A stretch of 59,562 nucleotides of DNA, filler included, from Pirum gemmata (lineage: Eukaryota), in NCBI GenBank assembly GCA_002812295.1. It is 7 parts of 7 records of this genome, joined end to end, with 100 filler letters (N's around TTAATTAATTAA, not from the genome) between each part and the next. Parts side by side here need not be neighbours in the genome. Positions count along the whole stretch, not along the records: positions 8,108 to 15,936 come from PDIN01000106.1; positions 16,037 to 23,816 come from PDIN01000107.1; positions 23,917 to 31,697 come from PDIN01000108.1; 4 more parts are not named here. The stretch is one strand, 5' to 3'. Under the pieces are notes generated by a model that was given only the letters and a program-made list of their open reading frames with translations, was not told the origin of the DNA and searched no databases. This document shows, piece by piece, positions 11,863-24,535 of this stretch; position 1 is the stretch's first letter, and each line of letters begins with the position of its first letter. The position numbers and the translations under genes are program-made.

Positions 11863-12058
11863 TGTTAAACCTGGGGATAACCACTACGCTAGATCAAGCT
11901 AGCGTAGTGGTTATCCCCAGGTTTAACAAAAGAAAGGTTTCTGGTTCGATTCTCCGAGGGAGATTTTCGTTGTATTGTGTGTAAATAGTCTGTGTATGAT
12001 TAATTGTGTTTCGGTTTGTGTTGGGAAGCTAGCGTAGTGGTTATCCCCAGGTTTAACA
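11863..12058. mobile_element. 196-bp non-autonomous element with 30-bp TIRs (TGT...ACA) and 4-bp TSD, Ginger-like
   Basis: TIR tgttaaacctggggataaccactacgctag at 11863-11892 and its reverse complement at 12029-12058. TSD GATG at 11859-11862 and 12059-12062. Confidence 0.85.
11896..11967 (+). pseudogene. tRNA-Val(AAC)-like sequence with Pol III A/B boxes
   Basis: TAGCGTAGTGGTTATC...TTAACA...GAAAGGT..TGGTTCGATTC then TTTT, resembling eukaryotic tRNA-Val(AAC). Acceptor and anticodon stems do not pair properly. Confidence 0.6.
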
Positions 12059-12668
12059 GATGACAAAACAACTGAAAAGTACTTGTCTTGGGGAACGGTT
12101 GCAGGTTTGAATGTCCGAATAACCTTGTCTATAATAATACTTCTAGTCTATAATCTATATAATTATAATATCATTATCATCCATTTCATTGCAGTTTTCC
12201 TCTCAATATTTAATTTGGCACTGTTTACATGTATAATTGAACTTGTTTATAAAATGCAACATTTTAAAAGTATACTTAAAATTAAAAAATTTCTGTTTTC
12301 TGTTTTTGAACTGGACAACACTAACACTACTACTAGGTCTAGTAGAATACTAGTAGTATCATAGCTAGTAGTCTATTGAAAAACACGATATTGATACTGA
12401 TATAATCTGGAATAATATCGGGAGATAGTGCACGTGATGTGTTTGATATCATAATTACATAATTATGATTATTCTCAGTATGATTATTCTAGCTAGCTAG
12501 CTAGTATCAATATCGATAGTTATCAACTGTATCAATAGAGCCTATGGGCTATGGTATTCCTCAGTGGTGTCTACACTGACTCTACACTGACTCTACAGGC
12601 CTGTGTCTGGTATCTGCATAATGAGAGTATATGATATAATGAGCATATTGGATGATAGTCGATGATAA

Positions 12669-12963
12669 GGGAGCGTTCAATAATTACGTAACGCCGATTT
12701 GGGACAAAAACCTACCCTACTACCCCCCGTGTAACAGGCTGTCACGTTTGAGAAGGACTACCTACCCCTTATGACGTAACGATTTGGAAAAATAGTACCC
12801 TAAATTACCCCTCATGTTATATATATATATAGGGATATATATATTTTTTTGCGTTATGTCATATTACGAAAACCTACCCCCCTACTGCGTCACGGCCTGT
12901 CACAAAAATCCGGCCCCCCCTACCTACCCCCCCCCCAGCGTTACGTAATTATTGAACGCTCCC
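12669..12963. mobile_element. MITE with 26-bp perfect TIRs (GGG...CCC, PIF/Harbinger-like)
   Basis: gggagcgttcaataattacgtaacgc at 12669-12694 and its reverse complement at 12938-12963. The TSD is ambiguous (taa/cta). Confidence 0.85.
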
Positions 12964-13176
12964 CTAGCTAGTAGACTCTCTCATAAATTCTGAGTAATAG
13001 TCTACTAGACTACTAGCTAGCTAGTTAGCTAGCTAGGGTCTACTAGCTAGTAGCTATGATGAGCTACTATGATATCGATAGCTAGCTAGCTAGTAGACTC
13101 TTGAAAGAAGCCTCAAGTCACCAACACTATGATACTGATCAGATGATAGTCTACTGACTAGCGGTCTAGTTCTACT

Positions 13177-13332
13177 GTGCTTTTCAAGTTGTTTTGTCAT
13201 CATAAATATACAATAAATAGTACCAAGTTAATACAAAATAAATCCATTTAATTTAATTTGGTATATTTTTTTATCTATTTATTGATTTAAAAATGTCAAT
13301 GTAAAGAGTATAACCCTCCCAATAAATATTTC
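13177..13332 (+). mobile_element. MITE family A, 3'-truncated
   Basis: gtgcttttcaagttgttttgtcatcataaatatacaataaatagtacc... Confidence 0.8.
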
Positions 13333-15122
13333 ATTACCTACTACTAGCTATGATACATCTTCTCTAGCTAGCTCTTCTACAAATGGTATGATATGATAAA
13401 GAAATTTGTACCTTGACTAAAAACGGTAAATATAGTTTTTAAAGGTAAGAAAAGTTCCATATTTCGTAATTTAATTTTTTTTTGCCAAATATCGGTTTTC
13501 GAATGTTACCCTCATTTTCACCTTTTTAGAAAGAAGTGTTGTTCGGATCAAAACTGAAATAAACGTACCAAATTTAATACTATAGACCCTATATATTATT
13601 AATTAAAGAGACATGTTTTATTTATTAAACAAACAAGTTCTATGATAACTAGCTAGTCTACAGTTAGTTAGGGTTAGGGTTAGGGTTAGGGTTAGGGTTA
13701 GGGTTAGGGTTAGGGTTAGGGTTAGGGTTAGGGTTAGGGTTAGGGTTATAAAATGAAACATAGTATCATAGAAACCACAGTAAGTATAAAGTACCAAATT
13801 AATTAAACGTGTCTGATAGTAATTTGGTGCGTTTATTTCAGTTCTTGAACTGGACACTAGCTAGCTAGCTAGCTACTAGCTAGTAGCTAGTCTAGCTAGC
13901 ACTACACTAGCTAATAAAATACATAGTCTAGTAATAAATTTTGAAACATGCATAATAATTATGTTTGATTGGTTTATATCATAATAAATTGGTATGTTCA
14001 GTAACTATTTTTTTTTTTTTTTTTTTGGGGGGGGGAGGTTAATGAGTGGTTGGTGAATGGTTTGTAGGTTTGGTTGGGGTTGTTAGGTTTGGTTGCTACT
14101 TTTTAAAAGTATTTTATTATTTTGAGTGCTGATAACGTGTTGGGGTTTGTAGGTTTGGTTGGGGTTGTTAGGTTTGGTTGCTGCTTTTTAAAAGTATTTT
14201 ATTATTTTGATAAAATTAATAATATAAAATTTAAAGAAATATGATGATGATAGTACATAGGTGAGTAGTATGATGATGATAGTACATAGGTGACAGGTCT
14301 CATGACCATGAGTAGCATGAGGTAGATCCCATGCAAGCTACTATCGATACGTACTATCCTGATATCGATGGTAGTAGACTAGACTATCATACGTATGAGT
14401 AGTAGTCTAGCTAGCTAGCTAGAGTGCCTGTGTAGAGTGCCATAGACCAGTCTACTAGCCCTAGCTAGACTACTGGCTAGTCTATCAGATAGGACTAGCT
14501 CCTCTCTACTATCATAGCTGTGATAGTCAGTAGTCTTGGTCTAGCTAGGTGTATGTTGTAGATGTTGTATGATTGTGGTAGTGTAGTTAGTGGTGATGAT
14601 ATAAAAAAAATAAAAAAATAAAAAAAATAATTATGTCATGGTCTACATTATTATAATTGTATAAAATGAAAAAGGTTTTTATAAATATTTGCTGACCGAC
14701 AATGAAAGTCTAACTGACTTGAACTTCAACCTAGTAAAAACTTGTTAGTTTCGTAAACATTGGTCAACTTGGCTCTAGTTGTCAACGAGAACACAAACAC
14801 ATACACACACACACACACATACACACATATATAGGCATAAAATTTAAAATTAGAATATTATATATGTACACAACATTAATATTATGTATAATTGACATAA
14901 GTATATTTATGCCTTGATTGATTCTTTTTAGATGAATTGGTTTATTTTAGTTTTTGATAATTTAAACGTAACCCAACTTTTTTTTTTTTTTTTTTTTTTT
15001 AAAAAAAAAATAATTTAATATTTTTTTTTTTTTTTTTTTTTGAATAGTCAACTCTTTTTCTGAGGTTTATTAATAGTGAAGTGGGAGTAAAAAATAAATG
15101 AGCAAATTATATTTTAAATGAT

Positions 15123-15369
15123 GTGAAAATGATGCTTTGTACAACCAATAAAAACACTTCCAAGTCCAGGAATAACAATATTCTAAAAAATATTATACGC
15201 GATATTAAAAGCGAGGCAACTGAATGGAACTTCATTGTTGATGAAGAAATCCAATTCAACAAAGAAGAGTCAATGAGGTTTATCATGGTCGAAGAAATTG
15301 TTTTTAAAATTCAGCAAATGGTTCGTTCATTAAAAATCGTGGATGGCAAAGGTAGCAATAATGATAATA

Positions 15370-15400
<31 letters not shown>

Positions 15401-15936
15401 CGAGATATTGTACAACGTGGAAGTAAATTTTAATGTGTTGACTAAACACTTAACGTCTTTACAGTATTTAAGAAAACGACGGGAGCTCTTTTTTGACAAA
15501 TCTTCTAATTTTATGGATGGTGTGCTAAAGTTTTATGAAAACATTGAACTTAGTTATTCCAATGACAACAACAACAACAATAATAATACTAACGAAAATA
15601 ATGTTAATGACATTATCCATAACAACAAATACCCTGGGCAATCACCGACAACAACCACCCCAACCATCCCAACCAACCACACCAACCACAATTACAGCCC
15701 CAACCACCACGGTCACCTCAACTCCAGTCCCAACCATCATCACCACCACCCCAGCGACCACCACCACCACCACCACCACCACCACCACGATCACCACGAG
15801 AACAGCAATAACACCAAGGATAATGATGATAGCTTTAGTAACTACAACAAGAATAACAATAATGGCCAGGAGAAAAGCAATAATAATAACAATAAATACA
15901 ATAGCGACAGCAATGAAAATAATAGCAATAATAATA
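15123..15936 (+). CDS. Hypothetical protein fragment with Asn/His-rich tracts, running off the contig end
   Basis: About 270 open codons with complex segments between low-complexity tracts. The start is uncertain because there is an in-frame TGA at 15099. Confidence 0.5.
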
Positions 15937-18900
15937 NNNNNNNNNNNNNNNNNNNNNNNNNNNNNNNNNNNNNNNNNNNNTTAATTAATTAANNNNNNNN
16001 NNNNNNNNNNNNNNNNNNNNNNNNNNNNNNNNNNNNTACCGGTATATATATAATATATAATATATATATATTATATTATTATTATTATTAGTACTTATCC
16101 AAAGGCCCCAGGAAATTTCTTTCTTGGGGTCTTTGACTTACCTGATACTTCTAGCTAAGCTAATAGTTGGACTCTCAGTTGTACCCTTTATATATTAGTT
16201 TTATTCTTGGCCTATCTGATACAACTCTTACTAAGTTAGTTGGACTCTCAGTGGTGTTTATCTGATAGACGTCTACAACTTTTATAATAGTTGGACTCTC
16301 ATTATTCTTACTTACACTTATCTGTATATTGATATAATGCGAATTAAAAAATTGATTATTTTTTGCCAACCAAAAATACAGTACGTAGACCCCCCAGTCT
16401 ACTACTAGTCTATATTATTTTAGCAAAACAATAGGTTGTATCATAGTAAGGGATTCAAGGAGTTAGCTCGGAGAAGGGAGTTTAAAACTGTTAATAAGGG
16501 TGTTAGTTTGGTAGGAGAGTAGAATATAAGATTATATAGATTATTTAGAAAGTGATCATTGTAGACGTGTAGACGTGTAGGCGGTGTACTACTAACTAAA
16601 GGCGGTGTTACGCCGGTGTAGCTATCATAATATGATATGATATCATATACTGTAACTATACTGTAGCTATAGACTTTAATTAATAATAAATATTTGAGAA
16701 AGTGTCCTACTTTAGAAGAGGTTTAATATGATAGAACTTAGAAGTATGATAGCTACGAGGGGATAGTCAACTATCGGATAACTAACTATCGATAACTCTA
16801 GCTACTAGTAGCTAGCTAGCTAGCTAGCTAGCAGTAGACCCAATTGCTAACTTGTATGACATATCATAGTAGAAAGAGTAGACCCCTCCCCGTCTACTTA
16901 CTACCCGAAGAAGAGTACTAAGCAATGATAACCCTGTTTCTAGCTAGCTAGCTAGCTATCGATAGCTGATAGGTTTCTAAAGACTAGATATCTAATAAAT
17001 TTAATAAGAAAGAAAAGGTTTCCCGCACAAATAAAAGGAAAGGTTGAAATCATACAAAGGACACGATAAACCCCCTCTACTGATTGTATTATTATTGATA
17101 GTTATTCTTTACTCTATGATAATATCATAATAATATCGTAGTAGTCTCTAGCTATGATAGTCTTTAATTATAAAAGCTCTACTAGCTAGCTACTAGCTGT
17201 AGCTACAGGATTAATTATATAGCTATGATACAGAGCTATGATACAGAGCTACAGGTAGCTACAGATAAGTTGCTCTCTAAAATAGTAAGTTGCTCTACTG
17301 CTCTACTACTAGCTCTAGTAGCTAGCTTAGTAGTATCAACTTATCGAGTGTATATCATAGCTCAGTATTCTTTTATATTTAGTTCTATCGTACCAGAAGT
17401 TAAACTAAATTTTTTGAACACAGGCAAACACACTCTGCAAACACACTGGTAACACACTGGCAACACTCTGACAACACTCTCGCAACACTCTGACAACACT
17501 CAAGGAGTTCAAGAAAAAATTTCTTTAACTCCTTGCAAGTTGCAACTTGTAACAGTCTTGTAACACTGCATATTAATAACTAAGTTATTAATATTTAGTA
17601 AATAGACTAGTAGACTATACCGGTAGAGTTTCCGGTAGATTATTTTAATAAATCCCAAACATAGAAGACTGAAGACAACTCCAACAAATTCCATAGCAAC
17701 GAATACCTAGCAACGACTACAAGCCTACAACACTCCTACAACGCCATAGGTCTAATATTAATTTAATTAACAAATATTTCTACAACAAAAGTACAATACA
17801 ATTACTCATCATAGACTATAGATATATTATCAGGATAGGATATATTATGGTCTTATTATGAAAAGAAAAGTACAACAAGTCACAACCAACTGACAATCGA
17901 ATCATTAACTTATACCAAAGTATTAGGAAACAAATTAACAAATTGCAACTTTAACTTAACTATATAACTGTACACGCAACCTACTGTTCCTCCTTTTTTT
18001 TTTATAAAGGAAAACTATTAGGAGAACAAAAGAATAATACAATATTGCTAATCATAGACTATATATTATGGTTTTATTATGAGAAGTACAACAAGTCAAA
18101 ACCAAACGACAATCCAATCATTAACTTATTTGATAAGCTATGATAATACAAAAGTACTATGAAACAAGTCAACAAACTACAACTATAATTAATTATATAT
18201 TAGACTACTGTATTACTTTTAAACCTACTGCTCCTCCTTTTTCTCTACCGGGTAGAAAAAGGAAAGCAGGAGTAAAACAGGACTTTTATTTTTATTTTAT
18301 TTTTGTTAGTCTAGTCTAGATTATTTTTTTTTTGAACAGTCAAGCCAGATAAAACAGTCGACAATGATAGAAATCTTTTTTTTTTGAAAGACTTCTTTTC
18401 TAAAACCTTTAAAAAGATAACTAGCCAAATTATTTTTAAAAACTAGCTATTGGCTCATAATAGAGTTTTATTAGTTAGACTATTTCTCAAAACTTGGTAG
18501 TACTTTCATTAAAATTGGACCATTTTGATATTTTTTGGATTTTGAGTCACTATTAAAAAAGTGCAACGCACGGTGTTTAAAAAATTTAATACTACTACCG
18601 GTGTAGTAACGTTACTATTTTAGCTTATTTTTAATAGGTAAAACGAAGAGACAATTGCAAGCTACCGGTATAATGAGAGAGACAAGTCTCCATTCTGAGT
18701 CTCCATTAGCTATTCCTCTCTAGTAGAGACATCTAGAGACCCTCTAATACTACTAGACTAGCTAGTACTGACATAATATTATGTCATAGACTATCATAGT
18801 CTATCATATATTATAATGATATACAAACAACCAACCAATTAACCAAACAAACAAACAAACAAACAAACAAACAAACAAATAAATAAAACAACAAAACAAA

Positions 18901-20575
18901 CGAAACAAACGAAATAAAAAATAATTTTAAAAGACTATGATAGTCTACATTGTCTCTACAATAATATCTTGCAGATTTGATATTACATTAAATGGGTGTA
19001 TGTGATAAATAAGACAGCTTTCTGTGAAGTTTCTCACCGTAAGTAGCTTTGTAAACTGGCTAGGCTTTGTAAACCACTACTAGCTATGTTAGCTAGTCTA
19101 CTGCTTTACCTGACTGCTTTACCAAGTCTTTTATTATATGATAGTAGACTATCATAGGAAGTTAGGAACCGGTATGATATAGCTATTTCAGATAATTCAA
19201 GGAGTTCAAAAATTTGAACTCTTTGGATAATTTGAGTATAAATAATTTGACAGGATAATTTGAGATAACTCTCTAGCTAGCCTCTGCTAGCTACTACTGC
19301 CTACTACTAGCTAGTATGATATTCTTTACCTACCTATAGCTCTACCTATCAGGATATTTTATAAATTATTTATAAAATTAATACCCGGTTTTATAAATCT
19401 ACAGAATTATCGATAATTCTAATTTCTAGCTAGAACTATTTCTAGCTAGAACTATTTCTAGCTAGAACTATTTCTAGCTAGACAAAATAAAGAAACCCTG
19501 GGAATGTGGGAAACCCGCTGAAGAAAGTTCAAGAAACACGGTTCAAACTTCAAGCACTGTTCAAGCTGGCTCTACTAGCTAGCTAGCTAGTAGTCTAGCT
19601 ATCATATCAGTCTATCTATAGCTAGTCACTCATATCAGTAGGTAGCTAGACTGGGGTAAAACTGCTATTAACATGATAGGGTATTTTTAAAAAAAACTGT
19701 ATCATACGTAAAAGTGATCCACAATGATTCCACAATCCACATTGCCCATGCCCTTTAGAAAGTGCCCACCTAAAAGCCCACCTGCCCACTCCCCGCCCAC
19801 TCCCCGCCCCACGCTAGCCACGCTAGCTGCCAAAGTAAACTCATTTATGAGTGGTTGATTAATTAACATTTTCAATGGTCATTGGAGGGAAATAGATAGC
19901 TAGCCAGCGTAGGTTTCTTTAGCTGGGCTAGTTTAGCTGGGTGTTTGTTTCAGACACTGTTTCTTGCTTCTAGCTCTAGTAGCTAGCTAGCTAGCTCTGG
20001 AAACTTTCCATAGTCTTGAGTAAGTTTCTAGCTAGACCCCCATTTTCGTTTTCGTTGAGAGGATGCATAATTATATATGGTAGCATTTTACCTTAATGTG
20101 GTAAATTTTAAGAAATATTTCCAAAAAAAAATTAGACCAATGAATTTACTTAGAATATAAGATAAATTGGGAAATACTCTGGATTTTTTTAGTATTTTTT
20201 TGCTTTTTTTGTATCATATACGCTAGCTAGATACAAACTTACAAACCTAGCTAGCTAGCTAGCTACTTAATTAAAAATACAAACTTTGAAACTCATGGGC
20301 TTGTTTTTCAACCTTCCACTACAACCTTCCACTCTAGTAGCTACTACTAGCTAGAAGAACAAGTACAGAACAGCTGCTAGCTAGAACCTTCCATCTAAAG
20401 TAATAAATAAAATTTTTTTTTTTTTTTATCATAGACCGAGTATAGACAGTGTATAGACCATAGTCTATGTGTGTGTACAGAAAAAAAGTTTGTCTCTCTG
20501 GTCCCAGGCTTAGTAGTAGCTATCATAAGTAATAAAATACAGCTTTTTTTATTTGTTTTATTCAGTTATTTACAC

Positions 20576-20870
20576 TTTAGGGGTGATTTATATGAGCTGA
20601 AGTCGGAGTATCCTGGTAGAAAGATAGGGTTGATTTGGGATAGTGCGCCTGTTCACATATTGACACTCATTGATGGTGGTTTAACTTCTATTATACAAAC
20701 TTGTGATATCGTTATGAATAAACCCATCAAAGATAGTGTTCGGGAATTTTATTTACAACACAAAGCTGAGTTATCAAGGAGAAAATGAAAGAAGGTGTTA
20801 CTTTTTCAACCATTCAAGTTTCACGAGAAGATTTAACAGGTATGATTGAAAAGCAAATTGCTCTTGAGTT
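20576..20870 (+). pseudogene. pogo/Tigger-type DDE transposase remnant
   Basis: IGLIWDSAPVH...IDGGLTSIIQTCDIVMNKPIKDSVREFY matches the pogo DDE_1 motifs LxxDxxxxH and PxxxTSxxQPxDxxxNKPxK. It has an internal deletion and an early stop. Confidence 0.8.
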
Positions 20871-22115
20871 GGAATAATTGATAACATATATGTGGGAGTG
20901 GTAATATTTATGTGGGAGTGTATATCATAAAATAGAATCATTTTTTTAAGTACATTTCTGTTGATAAATCAACACAGTTTCCAATTGTATGCCTATTTTG
21001 GTAATTCCTTCCATTTTTGGATTATTTTAAACCTATTTAAGGTATAATATAAGCTATATTTGGAAATAAAATATTACTTTTATACAAATATTTCGTAAAT
21101 AGTACTATATTAGGTACATTTGTCTTTTTTCAGTATAGATATTTTTATTTTGGGCGTTGCATTTACATACTAATGTCACTTACGGTACATGTAAATGGTT
21201 GGGTGTTCTTTTAGAAGAAGTTATGGATACAAAATCAAACTCAAAATAGATAGGTTGGTGTATGAATTATATGAATTATGATAGAATCAATTTAGGGTAT
21301 ATTATAAATATATCACATTATATAATATAATATTATGATTATTTATTATTTATTTATTGAGATATTGTTGTATTGTTTGTTTTTTATCATTATGATATTG
21401 GGCTAGAATAGACTACTTCAGTCTACTACTAGCTAGCTAGCTAGCTAGCTATGACATAGTAGCTATCTAGTAGCAGACTAACTATCCATACTAGCTAGCT
21501 ACTAGCTAGCTAGTAGAGAGTTGAAGTGCTGTTGAAGTAGAGGTGTGCTCAATGCCATCTAGCTAGCTAGCTTCAATGCTCATGCTGTGTCTCATTTTGG
21601 GACCTGGTGGCCCAGTGGTGGGTCTATGAGTCTATGAGACTATGACACATTATTTTTTTATTATTGATATATTTTGATCTATAGGATCTATCGACGGTAG
21701 CTAGCTACTACTAGCTAGCTGGAAAACAAAAAATCGAAAAAAAAACTCTTATTATGTGATCAAACGAACGAAAGAGTTCAAAAATGGATCAAACTGCTTT
21801 TCTGCTTTGATTGTTTGATCAGATTTTGATCCTAGCTAATTGACAACTGTTGATTCAGTGTTTTAAAATCGTGTTGATCGTTAGTTTTATTAATAATATA
21901 GCCCAAAAGTATAAGATAGACAGGCCATTATGCTAATGTGCATCATGATCACACCAGAATCGGCGACCAGATGGCATTGACAGATATAGGTGTTGCTATT
22001 ATCGAATGGGTAATCAAAATTAACCCACAGCAGGTATATATAAATAATATAATATTATCTTTATAATATACGATATATAATATTAATTGCACTGTATAAA
22101 TTTTTATTTATTTAC

Positions 22116-22296
22116 GTTGCTTTTCATTTATTTTGTCACTCTGAATATTTTTTTTGTTGGTTATAATATTTAAATTGATATTTTTAAATTAGTAATTAGA
22201 TTATAAAATATACCAAATTAAATAAAATGAATTTATATTTTTTAATTTGGTACTCTTTATTATATATTTTATGATGACAAAACAACTGAAAAGCAC
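22116..22296 (-). mobile_element. MITE family A, full length
   Basis: TIRs ...cttttcatttattttgtca and tgacaaaacaactgaaaagcac. Confidence 0.85.
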
Positions 22297-23916
22297 GATA
22301 CACCTGTATATGATATGAACGAACATTACAGGTATTATTATTGACGATTATATATGTATCATATACTAGAGTTAATATTGCCTATTTTTATATGGGTAAC
22401 ATAAAATCCATTTCATAATATCAAATTTCTATAAACTATAACAAAACTTATAATAATATGTATGATTTAGAACTATCGATAGTTAATTAATTAATACGAT
22501 GGTCTATCAGGTCTACCTTATTAGACAATGAATCTGTGATAGACTAGTCTATGTGAGAAATTTCATTTTTTTCTTTCTTGAACTCCTGCATGGAAATTTA
22601 TGAAAAAAAAAAAAAAAAAAAAAAAAAAACCCCCCGGTCTATTTTCAAAGTATCATATTTAATATCATACTCACTTGCAATAAAATTTTGCCATATGGTT
22701 CTCTACTAGGCTAGACTAGCTACTGTCTACTGATAGTCTATAGCTAGCTATCGGATATCCATATTGGTATCGATATGATAAATAGAGTGTAGATAAATAA
22801 ATACATATACATAAAAAAAAAAAAAAAAACAATTTTTATTTTTTTTTTTTTTTTTTTTTTTTTTAACTATACTATCATACTTTAAAAAAAAATAATTTGG
22901 CTAGTTATTATGAAAGATTTTTAGAATAGAAGTCTAAAAAAATATGATTTCTACAGTTTTATCCAGCTTGGATGTTTTTTTAAAAAAATTTAATTAAAAA
23001 AATATGAGTTAGTTCAGTTAGTTCTAGTTATATAATATAAATGTGAGAGTTTTGTTCAAAAATTATTTTTATTATGGTAATATTATATTATTTTTTATTT
23101 TAAAAAAAAAAATTATTAGTACAGTCAAGGACTTCAAACAGACCGCAGTAAGTACATCATGTTTTTTTATTTTAATAACTGATTGGTATACGATACAGAT
23201 AAAATAATACAAATCGTATACAAATTTAATATTGGGGTCAGACAAGAACCTCAAACTATCTCTCAAACTATCATAAAAATAAAAATCTAGAAAAAGCTTT
23301 TAAAAAAAAGGGAAACCAAAATCTAGAAAAAGAGGAAAACACACACACGCACACCCACATACGTACGGTGACGTACTAGCTAGCTAGTAGGGTGACGGTA
23401 CTACGGTCACATACCCATGCACGTTTTTGAAACTTGTGGCCAAACAAAGAGTTGGCGCTTGTCTTCAAAACTCTGAGCTCCAAAATTGCTCATAAATTAT
23501 CGTGTTTTTCAATAGTGTTGTCCAGTTAAAAAACTGAAATAAACGTACCGAATTATTATTATGGTTAAACTATCAGACATGTAATCAATTTGGTACTTTA
23601 TACTTAATATTTCATTTCATAAACAAGTACAATTATACACTTAAACAGTACCAAATACTAAATTAAAGATTGAGAGGATAACTGTTACTGTGGTCGGCTA
23701 AATAGTATTATCCGAATTACGTTGAGTATTAATTAAAAGATCGAAACACAAAATCAAGGTTTAAGGAGTTTATTCGAATTCGTTATTTTTAAAACTTATA
23801 AAAACTTATATTTTTANNNNNNNNNNNNNNNNNNNNNNNNNNNNNNNNNNNNNNNNNNNNTTAATTAATTAANNNNNNNNNNNNNNNNNNNNNNNNNNNN
23901 NNNNNNNNNNNNNNNN

Positions 23917-24002
23917 GTTACACCTAGTTACACCTAGTTACACCTAGTTACACCTAGTTACACCTAGTTACACCTAGTTACACCTAGTTACACCTAGTTA
24001 CA
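23917..24002. repeat. 10-bp tandem repeat (GTTACACCTA)x8.6 at the contig end
   Basis: Perfect array abutting the spacer. Confidence 0.95.
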
Positions 24003-24012
24003 AAAAAAAAAT

Positions 24013-24279
24013 ATGTGCAATAAAATAAGTAAAGATAAAACACTAAAAAAAATTGGATATTTGATGAACACTTTAGAGAAAGACAACGGATTTTGGCATG
24101 AACACGTAACCAAAGTTGATGATAAAGAATACAAAATGTATTGGTTGTGTAGACAAAAAAACAAAATTGAAATTTTAGAAACGTTAATTAATTATCACTT
24201 AAAATCAAATCCTACTTTTTTATCTCATATGATTCGCTTGAAAAACGAAATTAATACTTGTATGGACGAGTTGGTATAA
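24013..24279 (+). CDS. Hypothetical protein (88 aa), virus-like cluster
   Basis: ATG after an A-run, complex sequence, intronless. Confidence 0.6.
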   Translation: MCNKISKDKTLKKIGYLMNTLEKDNGFWHEHVTKVDDKEYKMYWLCRQKNKIEILETLINYHLKSNPTFLSHMIRLKNEINTCMDELV

Positions 24280-24535
24280 TTCGCTTACATACATAAATTA
24301 CCTAGAACAATGTGCACCATAAAATGAATCCATATAATTTGTTGAAAATGTTTGAAAAAATATATCTAGTTTCTAAATTTTTATTTTAATTTTTGAACCG
24401 ATTCACTTGTTAACAATGAATTAATAAATTTTTCCTTATCATTAATGTAGTATACGTCTACCTGCTTTAAAGTCATAATATTTATTATAAAATTTTTTAT
24501 TTTAAAGCATATTAATACAATATACAAATGAAAAA

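Larger units (their letters stand above)
11572..12082 (-). mobile_element. MITE family A copy interrupted by two insertions
   Basis: Removing 11706-11831 and 11863-12062 restores the family A sequence (...attaatttggtactatttattgtatattttatgatgacaaaacaactgaaaag). Confidence 0.85.

Noticed and set aside
11896..11967. Functional tRNA-Val gene (likewise the SINE head at 11760-11831)
   Set aside because: The acceptor and anticodon stems do not pair. Only the promoter boxes and loops are retained.
24164..24171. Mimivirus early promoter AAAATTGA
   Set aside because: It lies inside an ORF and is expected by chance at this AT content.
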